A stretch of DNA of 63,310 nt, filler included, from Basidiobolus ranarum (Eukaryota): assembly GCA_040143965.1 (NCBI GenBank). It is 36 parts of 36 records of this genome, joined end to end, with 100 filler letters (N's around TTAATTAATTAA, not from the genome) between each part and the next. Parts side by side here need not be neighbours in the genome. Positions count along the whole stretch, not along the records: positions 37,084 to 38,743 come from JASJQH010004609.1; positions 38,844 to 40,502 come from JASJQH010004610.1; positions 40,603 to 42,261 come from JASJQH010004611.1; positions 42,362 to 44,019 come from JASJQH010004612.1; positions 44,120 to 45,776 come from JASJQH010004613.1; positions 45,877 to 47,533 come from JASJQH010004614.1; positions 47,634 to 49,289 come from JASJQH010004615.1; positions 49,390 to 51,044 come from JASJQH010004616.1; 28 more parts are not named here. One strand, written 5' to 3'. Below, in pieces: positions 37,084 through 49,772 of the stretch (positions are counted from its first letter, which is position 1; every line of letters starts with the position of its first letter). Below the pieces are notes generated by a model that was not told where the DNA came from, ran no database searches, and saw only the letters and a list, made by a program, of their open reading frames with translations. Both the position numbers and the translations under genes were made by a program.

Positions 37084-37735
37084 GCACCATTATTGAAGCC
37101 TGTTGGATATTTTACAGCTCCAAAAAATGCCTGTTCTGCATTATTTTGCTTCAAACTAGATCTCCTTAATTTTTCATTCAAAAGCCTAGCACCAACATAA
37201 TCCATTATTAGCAACTCTGATCTTGATATGAGGGCAATTATGAGGTTCCCAAACTTGTCTGGCTGACTCAGAAGTAGTGTCATGACTAAGTTTCGATCAT
37301 TTAGAGGTGCTGCAATTGATGAGAGTTGATCTGCCACAGTTTTTATCCAATTTTTATGATTAAGCATGGAGTCATCAGAATTCATCTGCTTTGAGAATAA
37401 TTTTCACCTAAGAAATAGCCTATTAGCCAGAAATTCAGTCTCATATACTCCCTCAATGGTTTCCCAAGAAGCTTGGACACTTTTGAGCAATTGTATGTAC
37501 CATATTGAGAGTCTCCAAGATGTAGACAAGTTGTGGAGAATGCTTTCCTCTGCTTCTTGTCAAAGGCAAGGGTAGCTTCTGGTGGTCCCTTTGGCTCTAT
37601 TTCTTCTCCTGTAACAAATCCCCAAAGGTCTTTGTCTTCTAGCACCATTTGCATCTTGAACTTCCAAAGGTGAAAGTCTTCACCATCAATCTTCTCTGTG
37701 GATGCAAAAACATTGGTAATAGTACTGGAAGACAT
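37084..37735 (-). pseudogene. gag: copia gag (family C)
   Basis: MSSSTITNVFASTEKIDGEDFHLWKFKMQMVLEDKDLW, frameshifted. Confidence 0.9.
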
Positions 37736-37900
37736 TCCTTTAACAGCTATTATTGCTTGTCAAGGCCTGTAAAGCAACTTTGTAGTTTTTACTTGCAATT
37801 GCATACAAATCATTATGATGTTCTGCCTAAGATTCCCTTGTCAAAATTCTTTCAAAACTGGCTAGAAAGGGGTGTTCAATGGTTGTCAAGGTAGGCATTT

Positions 37901-38743
37901 CCCTAACATAACTTTGAGGATTGTTATTTTAGTAAAACCATCACAATTTCAATACATTTTGAATTGACCATTTACTTACCATCATAAAATTATCAGGTTA
38001 GATTTAATTATAATCATTTTGTCAGTTTCAAGAGTGAAATTTCAAGATTTTGCAAAAAAGTTGTGCATAATTGGCTACCATCTCACAAAACTATTGATCA
38101 ACACATGTGCAAGAGATGTAACTCAATTTTTACACATTACTACTTGAATGCTCATTTGTCACCTTCAAAGTCTAGAGTTTCTTTGACAAATTCTGCTGAA
38201 TATTTATATAGAGTTCTTTATACCCAGGGTTTAACTCATATCAAACCCAAGTCTGTATCAATATCTCCATCAAAGCCCACCATTGTATTAATTTTACTGA
38301 ATCAACATTCTTCCTGCTATCTGGCAGATACTCAGCAATATTGTGACACACTGTATTAAGCTCTTCCTATATATCTGCATGGTCAACAGCAGACTGAACA
38401 TGAAGTTAAATGTGCTTCTTCTGAAGCCACTTTCTGCATACTTGCACTGCCTTTTTCCCATCATGCTTTTGTAAATACTCCTCAAGCACTTTTACTTTTT
38501 TCATACATCCTTGTAGTGTGACACTACTGAGGGTGCTTTGCAGTGTTTGTGTGGCTTTTTGTTTGCCTTCAACTTTGGGGCTAATTTCAACCCTTTGAAT
38601 AGTACCAGTTGAGGTTGGATAGTAATGAGTTTTATTTGCTCATGGTTTGGCTTGTTGAGAGATGCCAGGTGTTGGATAAACTTGCAAATTAAGCACTCTT
38701 CCATCTGGTGTGCCTGATTATCTGGTGAAATTAAGCTTTTCTG
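37901..38743. mobile_element. CMC left terminus plus a decayed ORF reading toward it (probable ORF2 3' end)
   Basis: CCCTAACA start. Colinear with 46630-47533 and with the reverse complement of 58158-58555. Confidence 0.78.
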
Positions 38744-38843
38744 NNNNNNNNNNNNNNNNNNNNNNNNNNNNNNNNNNNNNNNNNNNNTTAATTAATTAAN
38801 NNNNNNNNNNNNNNNNNNNNNNNNNNNNNNNNNNNNNNNNNNN

Positions 38844-40502
38844 TTTCCCATCCATCCATCCATCTCTTTAGTCTAAAGGCACACTTTAAAGTTGTCTTTA
38901 ACAGTTTCTTTCAGTGAAGGGTATATCTTCTATCAATATAATAGGCCAATACTAGCCCAACTGCCATTTGCTTGCAAAAACCCAGCATAAGCCACACAAA
39001 ATAAGTCAACAACCTTTGGAGTAACTCCTTGTTTTTGGTTTTTCCACAATTGGCTCAAATCCAGGCAATTTTGGGCAAGATTCTGCACAGTTTCCAAAAT
39101 GTTAAATCACTCATCATCAGAGCAAGTGATGGCAGCTCTGACATTAAGAGTCTTTTAACTGTTGACTGGTTGCTTCCAAATGCTGCATTAATTGAGTTAT
39201 TGTGGCATTATTGCTGGTCATGGCCTGTATAGCAACTTCATAGTTTTTACTTATGATTGCATACAAATCATTACGGTGTTCTGCCTGTGATTCTCTTGTT
39301 GTACTAATTCTATCAAAATTTTCTACCGAGGTTGTTCAATAGCGGGCAAAGTAGCCATTTTGGAAGTTGATGGTCCTGATGGTGTTTTGGTTGAACTTTG
39401 CTCAACTATTGATTTACTATGTAATTGGGGAATTACAGTCTCTTCACTTGCACTATTGCTGGAAAGGAAAATATCTGGTAAATTGATTAATGCTTCATCA
39501 TTACTTGAGTTTGTTTCCAGCATGTTAATGCCTTACAAAATGGATAGTAGATTGCTAGAATGCTCATCAATTAAGTCCTCTGGTCTTGCTGTTTTTTTTC
39601 CTTTTGTGCCAGCAGGCTTTGGCTTGGAAGCCATTTTGATCTAGATTCTAAATGCTTTCTGAATAGCATCAAAATTTTCAGATTGTAAACTTGGTGTAAT
39701 GAAATTGCTCAGAAACAGCCTATAATAAACCAAAATTGCCATCCATTACTGGAAGTATTTTGTGAATCCCCTGATGACTCCTGTGTGAAACAATCTCAGA
39801 ATCAGCTGATGATATTGATGGGCTATACCTAAAATACCACCCTTGCATAGGAGGTGTTCTTTTGCCACAATATCCTTCTCATGCCACAACACAAATGTTT
39901 AAAGAACCCTGCTATTATTGTCACAAACTCTTGTGCTATGAACGCCGGGTGCTTTATAGAAAAAATAACCACAATTATGGTCACTGTACAAAGCCACCAG
40001 CTGCATAAGGCCTGGTGTACAGCAACAGCAATAAGTGTACCAAATCAACTTTAGTTTTGTCCATTGAGTCCACTGACTGTGGTTTGCCTCAAAGTTTTGG
40101 TAACACTGCCAAAAGTCAAGATACCATGGAGTTACCACAGTTATATGACCAGAATGATGTGGGGCAAAATGCAACTTTGGTCAAACCAGTAAGTCCAGAC
40201 AACTTTGAGGACTTGCTGCTAGATGTTGACCTTGGTTATTCCAGTACCAATGGCAGTATATCAGAAGTTGACAAGAAGACAATGGTTTTGTTATGCACTC
40301 TTTGTTATCAGCAAACATTATTTCACTCATAACACTTACTGTAAAGGAAGCAGCTTTGATTATTGAGGAGTGGTGAGTTCAATCCAATCTTAGCAACCAG
40401 GTGATTATTGGTTTTCTTACACTTTTACCACAGTTGATTGGCCACTGTTGCTTGCCACAGACCTGGTACAAGTGGAAAACACTTGTCAATTGTATGAATT
40501 AT
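38844..40502. mobile_element. CMC central region: ORF2 (-), spacer, transposase 5' (+)
   Basis: Colinear with 33563-35223. Confidence 0.88.
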
Positions 40503-40602
40503 NNNNNNNNNNNNNNNNNNNNNNNNNNNNNNNNNNNNNNNNNNNNTTAATTAATTAANNNNNNNNNNNNNNNNNNNNNNNNNNNNNNNNNNNNNNNNNN
40601 NN

Positions 40603-42261
40603 ATTGAAGAGAGCCCTTTGTTGGCTTTTTAATATACTTTGGAGTCTCCTTAACCCATTGCATTACATCCATCACTGATTTTGCCAATACATTGTTAATC
40701 AGATTAGCATATGGTAATACTGACAATTTCACACAGAGCATCATTTCACCACAGGTGCACTCCATTGGGAACTCCCAGAATGTATAGCAAAGGCCTATAT
40801 TCTCTAAGCATTGTGAAAGATGCTGCAGGGAATGTATTGAATACCGGCATAGATTCACACTATCTTCTTTAAACCTGAAATAAAGTTTTTCATATCGAAT
40901 TACATAATCTTTGCACAATCATTGTATCTTCCTGAGATCTGCCAATGTGAGTTGATGCCATAAGAATATATTAAGAATATCAACAAACAACTTCCCATGT
41001 TGCCAATACTTATCAGGCAGTAATCTTTTCAAAATTCCACTTGAATATATACAATTCCAATACTTCCAGTCTTTGCATTTGAATAAACACCTAGATGAGT
41101 GAATATTGATGGGAGTCCTGGTAAAATATGATGGTATCTTGACATTTTCAAGCATTTTCCCAATTGATTCAAAGTTTGATCCTATCCCAAATGCGCATTC
41201 ATATTGAATTTTCCACTATATAGCAGAGTAAGCTGTATCGGAATTTTGTTGAATAGCAAGTGCATAGTGCCTAATGGGAAGCTCTGGCTCCAGCTAATCC
41301 CCTTTAGTAATGTAATCTTAGGCTTACGGCTAATACCAAGTTTGATGTTACACTGACTATTTGGTGAAATGATATCAGTGATCATATTAAAATCTGACCA
41401 GGCTCTTGTTGGTAAATTCATGAAGTTTAGTGCTGTATTTGGATAGTAGTAATTTGTATGCTTGTTAGAGTAAACTCCATTCATTTGACAAAATCCCCAG
41501 CAAGATAGTACATTGTGCTTGCAAAAGCCTCCAAGTTTACTGAAGGCAGGAATGTCACCAATATATATAGTGATATTAGCTTTAATAAAATATTCACCCA
41601 TCTGAAATCCATTAGGAAACCATTGAAATTCCACGGTCAAAGGCTCCAAGAAGCTATCTATAAGCACTGGTGATTTAGGTCCAGATATGATCAATAGTAT
41701 CAAAATATTATGACTCTTATACCATTCAGAAGGAGGAAGATATACATTGATTTAAATTGTTGGCCAGCAAGCCTTTCCAATGCTATATTTGTTTAGTGAG
41801 AAACCATCCAGAGCTAATACAAATGCATGATCATATATGTTCTCAAAGAAACCTTGACTCTTCAGATTCTGGTAGTGATATCCATCAAGTATATCAGTAA
41901 CTCCATCAGCTTTACAGTGAGTACTTTGGTATTGGATCAATGATCTATATTTTGGTGATTTCAAAAAAACTTTAAGACAAGGAATCAATGGTAAGTAAGC
42001 CAAATATGAACAATATTTACCTTATTAAATGATAGCCAATTGTGTGCAAAAAGTACATGACTTCTGGTTTTTCAGATCACCGGTGAAAGCCAAACAACCA
42101 TTTGAGCATGAAGGTAGTTTAGTTACAGAAGGATTATAAGTCAAATGACTGACAAGGGTTTTCCACTTGTACTAGGTCTGTGGCAAGCAACATTTGCCAA
42201 TCAACTGTTCTAATAGTGTAAGAAAACCAATAAACACCTGGTTGCTAACATTGGATTGAAA
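40603..42261 (-). pseudogene. CMC transposase core
   Basis: LALDGFSLNKY, GDIPAFSKLGG, GTMHLLF, IHSLQHL..C...FWEFPME. Confidence 0.92.
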
Positions 42262-42361
42262 NNNNNNNNNNNNNNNNNNNNNNNNNNNNNNNNNNNNNNN
42301 NNNNNTTAATTAATTAANNNNNNNNNNNNNNNNNNNNNNNNNNNNNNNNNNNNNNNNNNNN

Positions 42362-43175
42362 ACGGGTGTAATATATCTGCACAATTAGCATTTTCTGAAC
42401 CAGAAATTTTGACACAAGCTCTTAAATTTGAGGACGTAACAGAATGGGGAAAAGCCACTGATGATGAAATTCACTCCCTAATCAAGAATTACATACGGAT
42501 CCTTGTGGACTACCTACTGGAAGAAAAACTATTGGTAATAGATGGGTGCTGAAACTGAAACTAAATTCAGATGGATGTATCAACCAGTATAAAGCAAGAT
42601 TAGTAGTAAAAGGCTATGCTCAGAAACATGGCATTGACTATGATCAAACATTTTCTTTTGTTGCTAAGTTTACCTCAATCAGAGGAATGCTAGCCATGGC
42701 TACCCACCAAGGAATGCTGATTGAACAAATGGATGTCAAGATAGCATTTCTTAATGGAGAAATTGATGAAGATATATATACATGGATCAACCAGAGGGAT
42801 ATATTGCAAAAGGAAAAGAACATCAAGTATGCAAACTACTGAGAAGTCTATATGGTCTGGGACAGGCTCCTCATGCATGGAATACCAAAATCAATCAGAT
42901 CTTCATGAAACATCTTTTGCATTATAGCAAAGCTGATCACTGCGTATACTTCAAGACTATTAAAGCCACCAAAGTCATAATTGCTCTGGGTGTTGACAAT
43001 ATCATAATATTTAGTAATTGCTCAAATCTGATGAAACAAACTATGACCTGGCTATCTACCAAGTTTGAAATGCAAGTTCTTGAATCACTAACATATTGTC
43101 TTGGAATGCAGATACATCAAAGTCCGCTATTGTAACACTCTGTATTACATAAGAAAAATATATTGGAGATGTATT
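42362..43175 (+). pseudogene. copia RT fragment
   Basis: YKARLVVKGYAQKHGIDYDQTF, QMDVKIAFLNGEIDE, SLYGLGQAP. Confidence 0.93.
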
Positions 43176-44019
43176 TGTTGAAATTTGCTTTGCCTAAACA
43201 CCTATATAGTCATATATAGCTTATTACTTAGTTATCTTATAATTCACTAAGGTATTATCCATTTTTCTTAATTGTAATTTACTCAGAATATTTTTACCAA
43301 CTTTGATGTTCACAGTTGTATAGGTTTTTCAAACTTGTGCTAGAAGCCCCAAGCTTTGCACACATGTTCCTGGGACCTTCCTTAACAGATTATACATGTT
43401 AGCTTGCTTACATCTTGACAAAACTATAAATGTCAACTATCTACTTCATAAATCAATTAGTGAAAACCACCAATTCCTCTAATTCTCAAAACCACTTCCA
43501 ACAGGCTCCCAAATGCTTTAACAGGTTATGAGCCCCAAGCTTGCACTCTCTGTAATGTCTACTTTTCAAATTTATAGAACTTTTCCTTCTTCTGAAAAAT
43601 TGGATGGAACCAGTTATCAAGTTTAGAAGATTAAAATGAAAAGGCTACTGCAAGAAAAAGGACTTTGGGACACTGTTGTAGGAGAAGAAAACAATACAAA
43701 ACTATCTGAAACCAAAATTTTACTCCAAGTCAAAAAAGAACAAAGTGCCTTTAACACAATTTGTCTTAATGTTAAAGACATATTGCTAATTCAATGTTCA
43801 AGAGCTAAAACTGCCAAGGAGGTATGGAAAGCCTTGGAGCACATCTACCAAACAAGTTCTACTGCCAACAAGATGTTTCAAAGAAGACAATTCTTTAACT
43901 TAGAAATGATGCCAGCAGAAGACATTGAATCACTAATTAGTAGAGCAACTATTTTAGTGGATGAAATGGAATACAATGGAGTACCTACCACTGATCAAGA
44001 TATCATAGTTACAGTCCTG
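43176..44019 (+). mobile_element. Family-D element 5' end (LTR 43176-43523, PBS, gag from 43555) nested in an RT
   Basis: TGTTG...AACA-GGTTATGAGCCC, then LQEKGLWDTVVGEE...TAKEVWKALE. Confidence 0.93.
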
Positions 44020-44119
44020 NNNNNNNNNNNNNNNNNNNNNNNNNNNNNNNNNNNNNNNNNNNNTTAATTAATTAANNNNNNNNNNNNNNNNNNNNNNNNN
44101 NNNNNNNNNNNNNNNNNNN

Positions 44120-44321
44120 ACTAAGTAGGGCGTCCTCCGTTTGGAATGCACCGTATGCAAATACAAGATGCAACTCTCTTTGAAGCGTTGCAAGCACTTC
44201 GAACTTGGTGGTGACAAGAAGACCAAGGTCAGCATATGCTCTGACAGCCTTCATGACGTTATTTCTAACATATACATACTTTATATCTCATTACATATAG
44301 GGTGCTGCTCTTGTTTTCTAA
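44120..44321 (+). CDS. RPL42: 60S ribosomal protein eL42 (L44/L36a), 3' exons 44120-44227 and 44301-44321
   Basis: [38 protein letters not shown] with a 73-nt GT..CTAAC..TAG intron. An in-frame TAG lies 6 nt from the contig edge. Confidence 0.95.
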
Positions 44322-44922
44322 ATCCATCATTTTACTCTTTAACGCGTCTAAAGTCAATAAAATCCTATGATCTCCGGATTTTTAAACTGAGTTGTATATT
44401 GTTCATGAAACTTCAAATTTGTATTGTGTGAAAAGCAAATAGGAACTCTCGGGTAACTCGATTGTTGGAGTTTGACACATTGTGGCGCTTCTAACGCATT
44501 GCGCAAAGGGGAAACAAGCAAAGAGTACGATCATTGAAACAGTGGAATGAGCTCGGATGACAGTATCTAAATTATATATGCATTATCTTGAAGACAACAA
44601 ATGCGCTAGTTTTGAAATTGATAAACTTACAAACGATCAAAGAATGTCAACTAGGAACTGCTACACATCTTGACAAACGAATCATGACGAAAGAAACGAT
44701 ATTTTTGAAGATAACAAATTCCTCTCATTAAACTGATAGCATTCAGTACCGTGAGAGCTGCTTTTAAATAATGAATTGGTTTATCAAGTATATAACACAC
44801 CCGTAATAAATTACTCAATCTCACTAAGAAAATACGAGAAGATATAATAAAAAGTAACAAGAAAACTCTATCCTAAATTAACGAACAGAAGATAAAAACA
44901 CAGAAAAATCAAATAAAGAAGA

Positions 44923-45665
44923 TTATATCTCTTGCTTGTTGATAGTATCAATAAGAGACTTCATTAATTCTAATTGAGCATTAAATATACTCTGCATTTC
45001 CATTTCTCTAGCTCTGGCACGTTCCTCTCGCTTTTGTATTCTCTCGGCGCGTTCTTTTAATTTCATTTCGTACTTTTCCTGACGAGCTTGTAGGTCCTCT
45101 TCACGTTCTTTCGAGCGTTTTTCGTCGCGTTGGATAAGATATGTGACAAGCTCACAAAGTTGATCAACCATTTTGCGTTTCTTTTGAGGCTGGGCGGCAG
45201 ATGAATCATGCTCATGGTCATGCTCATCTTCATCCATCATAGAATCATCTCCCAGTGTAAGAGCGCCGTTGTTGTTACGCATAATATTGAAAGGATTTGG
45301 AGAAGAAGACTTGGAATCCTTATGCTCGGGAGTTCCAATGTGAGTAAAGTTACCAGAAACCAGCCTTTTGAGATCTTTGTAGTAGTCAAAATTCTCCACG
45401 GCTTCAACATCCTCCACATCGTCAATAAGACAAGCCTATGTTAATAGTTTGCTTTAGAATAAGCACTATAAAACTATGTTTAAAAATACACACCTTATAT
45501 TTGGCCATCAATACACGAACACGACTTTTACACTGAGCAGCATTACGATCGAAGCCGGCTGCTCTAAGTTCCTCGGCGATACGATCCCAAACTGTTGAGT
45601 TCCGCTTATATTTTTTGAGCTCATTGTAGTATTTCTCCCACAACTTTAAAAGAAGCTTGTCGGCG
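44923..45665 (-). CDS. Trihelix Myb/SANT-like DNA-binding protein with C-terminal coiled coil; intron 45436-45493; 5' end unresolved
   Basis: LLLKLWEKYY...RNSTVWDRIAEELRAAGFDRNAAQCKSRVRVLMAKYK|ACL...FDYYKDLKRL, then an E/R-rich coiled coil. CpG retained. Confidence 0.85.
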
Positions 45666-45876
45666 TGGCTCCCGGATTTGATTCAACACTTACTGAACCG
45701 ACTCCTAATTGTTGTTTAATATAATACAAAGCTCGTAAATTATAAGTATTTTGAGAAATTTTGAATGTTAAAGTTCNNNNNNNNNNNNNNNNNNNNNNNN
45801 NNNNNNNNNNNNNNNNNNNNTTAATTAATTAANNNNNNNNNNNNNNNNNNNNNNNNNNNNNNNNNNNNNNNNNNNN

Positions 45877-46629
45877 ACATGTGGTACTGCTTACTAAATT
45901 GAATTCCATAATCTATTGTTCCTAACAGATAGCATATTATATGTTTCACAGCTATCCAATGTTCCAGAGCAGGATTCTTCTAATATTTGCTTACTACACT
46001 TACTGCTGTAGCAATATCAGGCATAGTACCAGTTGTTGCATATATAAGACTTCCAACTGCACTATGGTAAGGAATATGTTTCATGATTTCAATATCTTCA
46101 AAGGTCTTGGGTTCCATATTCTCAGTGAGTTTCCACATATGAAGTTGATTTAAGGCTGCTTTACATTCTGACAAATTGAATCTGTTTAAAACATCTTGAA
46201 TTTATTTTTCTTGTGTAATACAGAGTGTTTTAATATTGTAATTTTGATGTATATTCAATGTGAGGCAATATAGTAGTATCAAAGATCCTGCATTACAAAC
46301 TTGGTGGATAGCCAGGTCTTAGTTTGTTTCATCAGATTTGAGCAATTAGTACCTGTTTCGATATCATCAACAAAGAGAATAATTATGACTTGGGTGACTT
46401 TGATAGTATTGAAGTATATGTTGTGATCAGCTTGGCTGAGAAGGAAAAGAAGTTTCATGAAGATCTGATTGATTTTTGTATTCCATGCACAAGGAGCCAG
46501 TTTCAGACCATATACACTTCTCTGTAGCTTACATACTTGATGTTCTTTTCCTTTTGCAATATATCCCTCCGATTGCTCTATGTATATATCTTCATCAATT
46601 TCTCCATTAAGAAATGCTTTCTTGACATA
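45877..46629 (-). pseudogene. copia RT fragment
   Basis: PYHSAVGSLIYATTGTMPDIATAV. Homologous to 42.7-43.2 kb. Confidence 0.88.
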
Positions 46630-47533
46630 CTCTAACAGAAACTTGAGGATTCCTATTGTAGGAAAACCATTATAATTTTAATCTATTTGGGATTGACCAT
46701 TTATGTACCATCATAAAATTGTCAAGTTAGATTTGATTGTAATCAATTTTTCACTTTCAGGAGTGAAATTTGAAGATCTTGCAAGATAGTTGCACATGAT
46801 TTGCTACTATCTCAGAGAACTATAGATCTGCACATGTGCAAAAAATGTAACTCATATTTTACACATTAGCCACTTCAAAGCTTGTCTGTCACCTTCAAAA
46901 ACCCAAGTTTCTTTGATATAATCTTCTGAATATTTTTATAGAGTTCTTCATACCCAAGGTTTAGCTCATATCCAACACAAGTTTGTATCAATATCTCCAT
47001 CAAAGTTGACTATGGTATTAATGTTGCTGAATCAACATTCTTCCAGCTATCTGGTGGATACCCTGCAATATTGTGCCACTCAGTGTTAAGTTCTTCCCAG
47101 ATATCTACATGGTTGACATCAGACTGAATGTCAAGTTGAATATTCTTCTGAAGCCACTTTTGGCATATTTGCACTTCATTTTCCACTTCATACTTTTGAA
47201 AATACTCCTCAAGGACTTTGACTATGTTTATATATCCTTGTAGTATGACACTACTGAGGGTGCTTTGCTATGTTTATGTGGCTTTTTGCTTGCCTTTAAC
47301 TTTGGGGCTAATTTCAACACTTTGGAAAGTACCAGTTGAGGTTGGAGAGCTGTGAGTTTTATTTGCTGTTGTTTTGGCTTTTTGAGAGCTGCCAGGTGTT
47401 GGATAAACTTCCAAATTTAGCACTCTCCCAACTGATGTACCTGGTTCCATTGTGAAATTAAGCTTTTTTGCCAATATATCTGACTCTGGAAATGCAAATC
47501 TTCATAATAGTGTAAAGAACTTGTCAAGTGGGA
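46630..47533. mobile_element. CMC left terminus and probable ORF2 3' region, inserted in a copia RT
   Basis: CTCTAACAGAAACTTGAGG start; colinear with 37901-38743. Confidence 0.78.
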
Positions 47534-47744
47534 NNNNNNNNNNNNNNNNNNNNNNNNNNNNNNNNNNNNNNNNNNNNTTAATTAATTAANNNNNNNNNNN
47601 NNNNNNNNNNNNNNNNNNNNNNNNNNNNNNNNNTGGGAGTATATTCCTCGGAAGGCCTGATTGTACCCAGTATATTTTATTTAATGAATCAGGTCACAAT
47701 GAGAGAATATGTCAGATTAAGTGCACCTCGAAATTTTTCTTATG

Positions 47745-49289
47745 CTTGCTCTGTGTCCATGGATTGGGCTTTGTTGCTGTTATTGTGCTCAAACAATGCA
47801 AAAACCCATGAGCACATTGAAAAGAGCCCTTTGTTGGCAGATTAATATACTCTGGAGTCTCCTTAACCCATTGCATTACATCCATCACTGATTTTGCTGT
47901 TACATTGTTGATCAGATTAGCATACAGTATTACTGAGGATTTCACATGGAGAATCATTTCACCACAGGTGTGCTCCATTGGGAACTCCCAGAATGTATAG
48001 CTAGGGCCAAAATCTCTAAGCATTGTGAAAGATGCAGCAGGAAATGTATTGAATACCAGCACAGATTCAGTCTAGCTTCTTTAAACCTGTAATAAAGCTT
48101 TTCATATCCAATTACAAAATCTTTACACAATTGCTGTATCTGCCTGAGATCTGTCAATGTGAGTTGATGGCATAAGAATATATTATCAATATTGCCAAAC
48201 AACTCCCAATGTTGCCAATACTTATCAGGTGGAAATCTTTTCAGAATTCTACTTGAATATATACAAATCTGATACTTCCAGTCTTTGCATTTGAATAAAT
48301 GCCTAGATGAGTGGATATTGACAGGAGTCCTGGTAAAATATGATGGTATCTTGGCCTTTTCAAGCAGTGTCCCAGTTGATTCAAACTTTGATCCTATCTC
48401 AAACGGCTCATTCATGTTAAATTTTCTACTATATAGCTGAGTAAGTAGTGTTGGAACGTTGTTGAATACTAAGTGCATGGTACCAAATAGGAAGCTCTGG
48501 CTCCAGCTGATCCCTTCTAGCAATATAATAATAGGCTTATGGCCAATACCCAGTTTGATGTTAGACTAACTATTTGGTGAATTGATATCAGTGATCATGT
48601 TGAAATCTGACCAGGCTCTTGATGGTAGAATTACAAAGTTTAGTGTTGAATTTGGAAAGTAGTAATGTGTATCCCGGTTAGAGTAAACTCCATTGATTTG
48701 ACAAAATCTACAGCAAGATAGTGCATTATGCCTGCAAAAACCTCCAAGTTTACTGATGGCGGGAGTGTCACCAATACATACAATGCTATAAGCTTTCATA
48801 AAATATTCACCCATCTGAATCACATTAGATAACCATTCAAATTCCGCAATCAAAGGCTCCAAGAAGCCATCTATAAGCACTGGTGATTTAGGTTCAGATC
48901 TAATGGATAGTATCAAAAGATTATGACTCTTACACCATTGAGAAGGAGGAAGATTTAAGTTAATTGAAATTATTGGCCAGCAAGCCTTTCCAACAGTATA
49001 TTTGTTTAGTGAGAAACCATCCAGAGCCAATGCAAATGCATGATCATATGTGTTCTCAAAGAAACCTTGACTTTTCAGATTCTGGTAGTGATATCCATCA
49101 AGTATATTGGTAATACCATCAGCTTTACGGTGAGTACTTCGGTATTGGATCAATGATCTATATTTGGGTGATTTCATCAAAACTTTAAGACAGGGAATCA
49201 ATGGTATGTAAGCCAAATATGAACAATATTTACCTGATTCAGTGATTGCCAATTGTGTGCAAACAGTACATGACTTCAGGTTTTTCAGA
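47745..49289 (-). pseudogene. CMC transposase core (best-preserved copy)
   Basis: LALDGFSLNKYTVGKACWPIISINLNLPP, GDTPAISKLGGFCRHNALSCCRFC, FWEFPMEHTCG. Confidence 0.93.
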
Positions 49290-49389
49290 NNNNNNNNNNN
49301 NNNNNNNNNNNNNNNNNNNNNNNNNNNNNNNNNTTAATTAATTAANNNNNNNNNNNNNNNNNNNNNNNNNNNNNNNNNNNNNNNNNNNN

Positions 49390-49772
49390 GAGAATTAGAC
49401 AAATTGGTGGTTTGTACTAATTGATTTATTGAGTAGAAAGTTGACATTTATAGTTTTATCAAGATGTAAACAAACTAATGGGCAGAATATGTTAAGGAAG
49501 GTCCCAGGAACATGCGTACAAAGTTTGGGGCTTCTAGCACCAGTTTGAAAAATCTATATATCTGAGAACTTCTAAGTTGGCGTCAATATTCCAAGTAGAT
49601 TCCGATTGAGAATAATGGAAAATGTCTTGGTGGAATGTAATATAACTGAATACTAAGTTATATATGACTATAGAGGTGTTTAGGCAATGCTAATTTAAAC
49701 ATCAATAAGTGAAACCCGCCAACTTCTCTAATTCTCCAAGCTACTTCCAACAGGCTCACAAATACTTTAACA
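49390..49772. mobile_element. LTR-D (-) fused to an inverted LTR-D 3' piece (+)
   Basis: Orientation switches near 49701. Confidence 0.8.

Noticed and set aside
44126-44128. In-frame TAG in RPL42 suggesting recoding or a pseudogene
   Set aside because: It lies within 10 nt of the contig edge next to a second deviation from the expected KKVV, while the rest is intact. A base-call error is most likely.
45665-45700. SVESNPGA resembling a 2A ribosome-skipping motif
   Set aside because: It lacks the required D and final P of DxExNPGP and is out of frame with the Myb domain.
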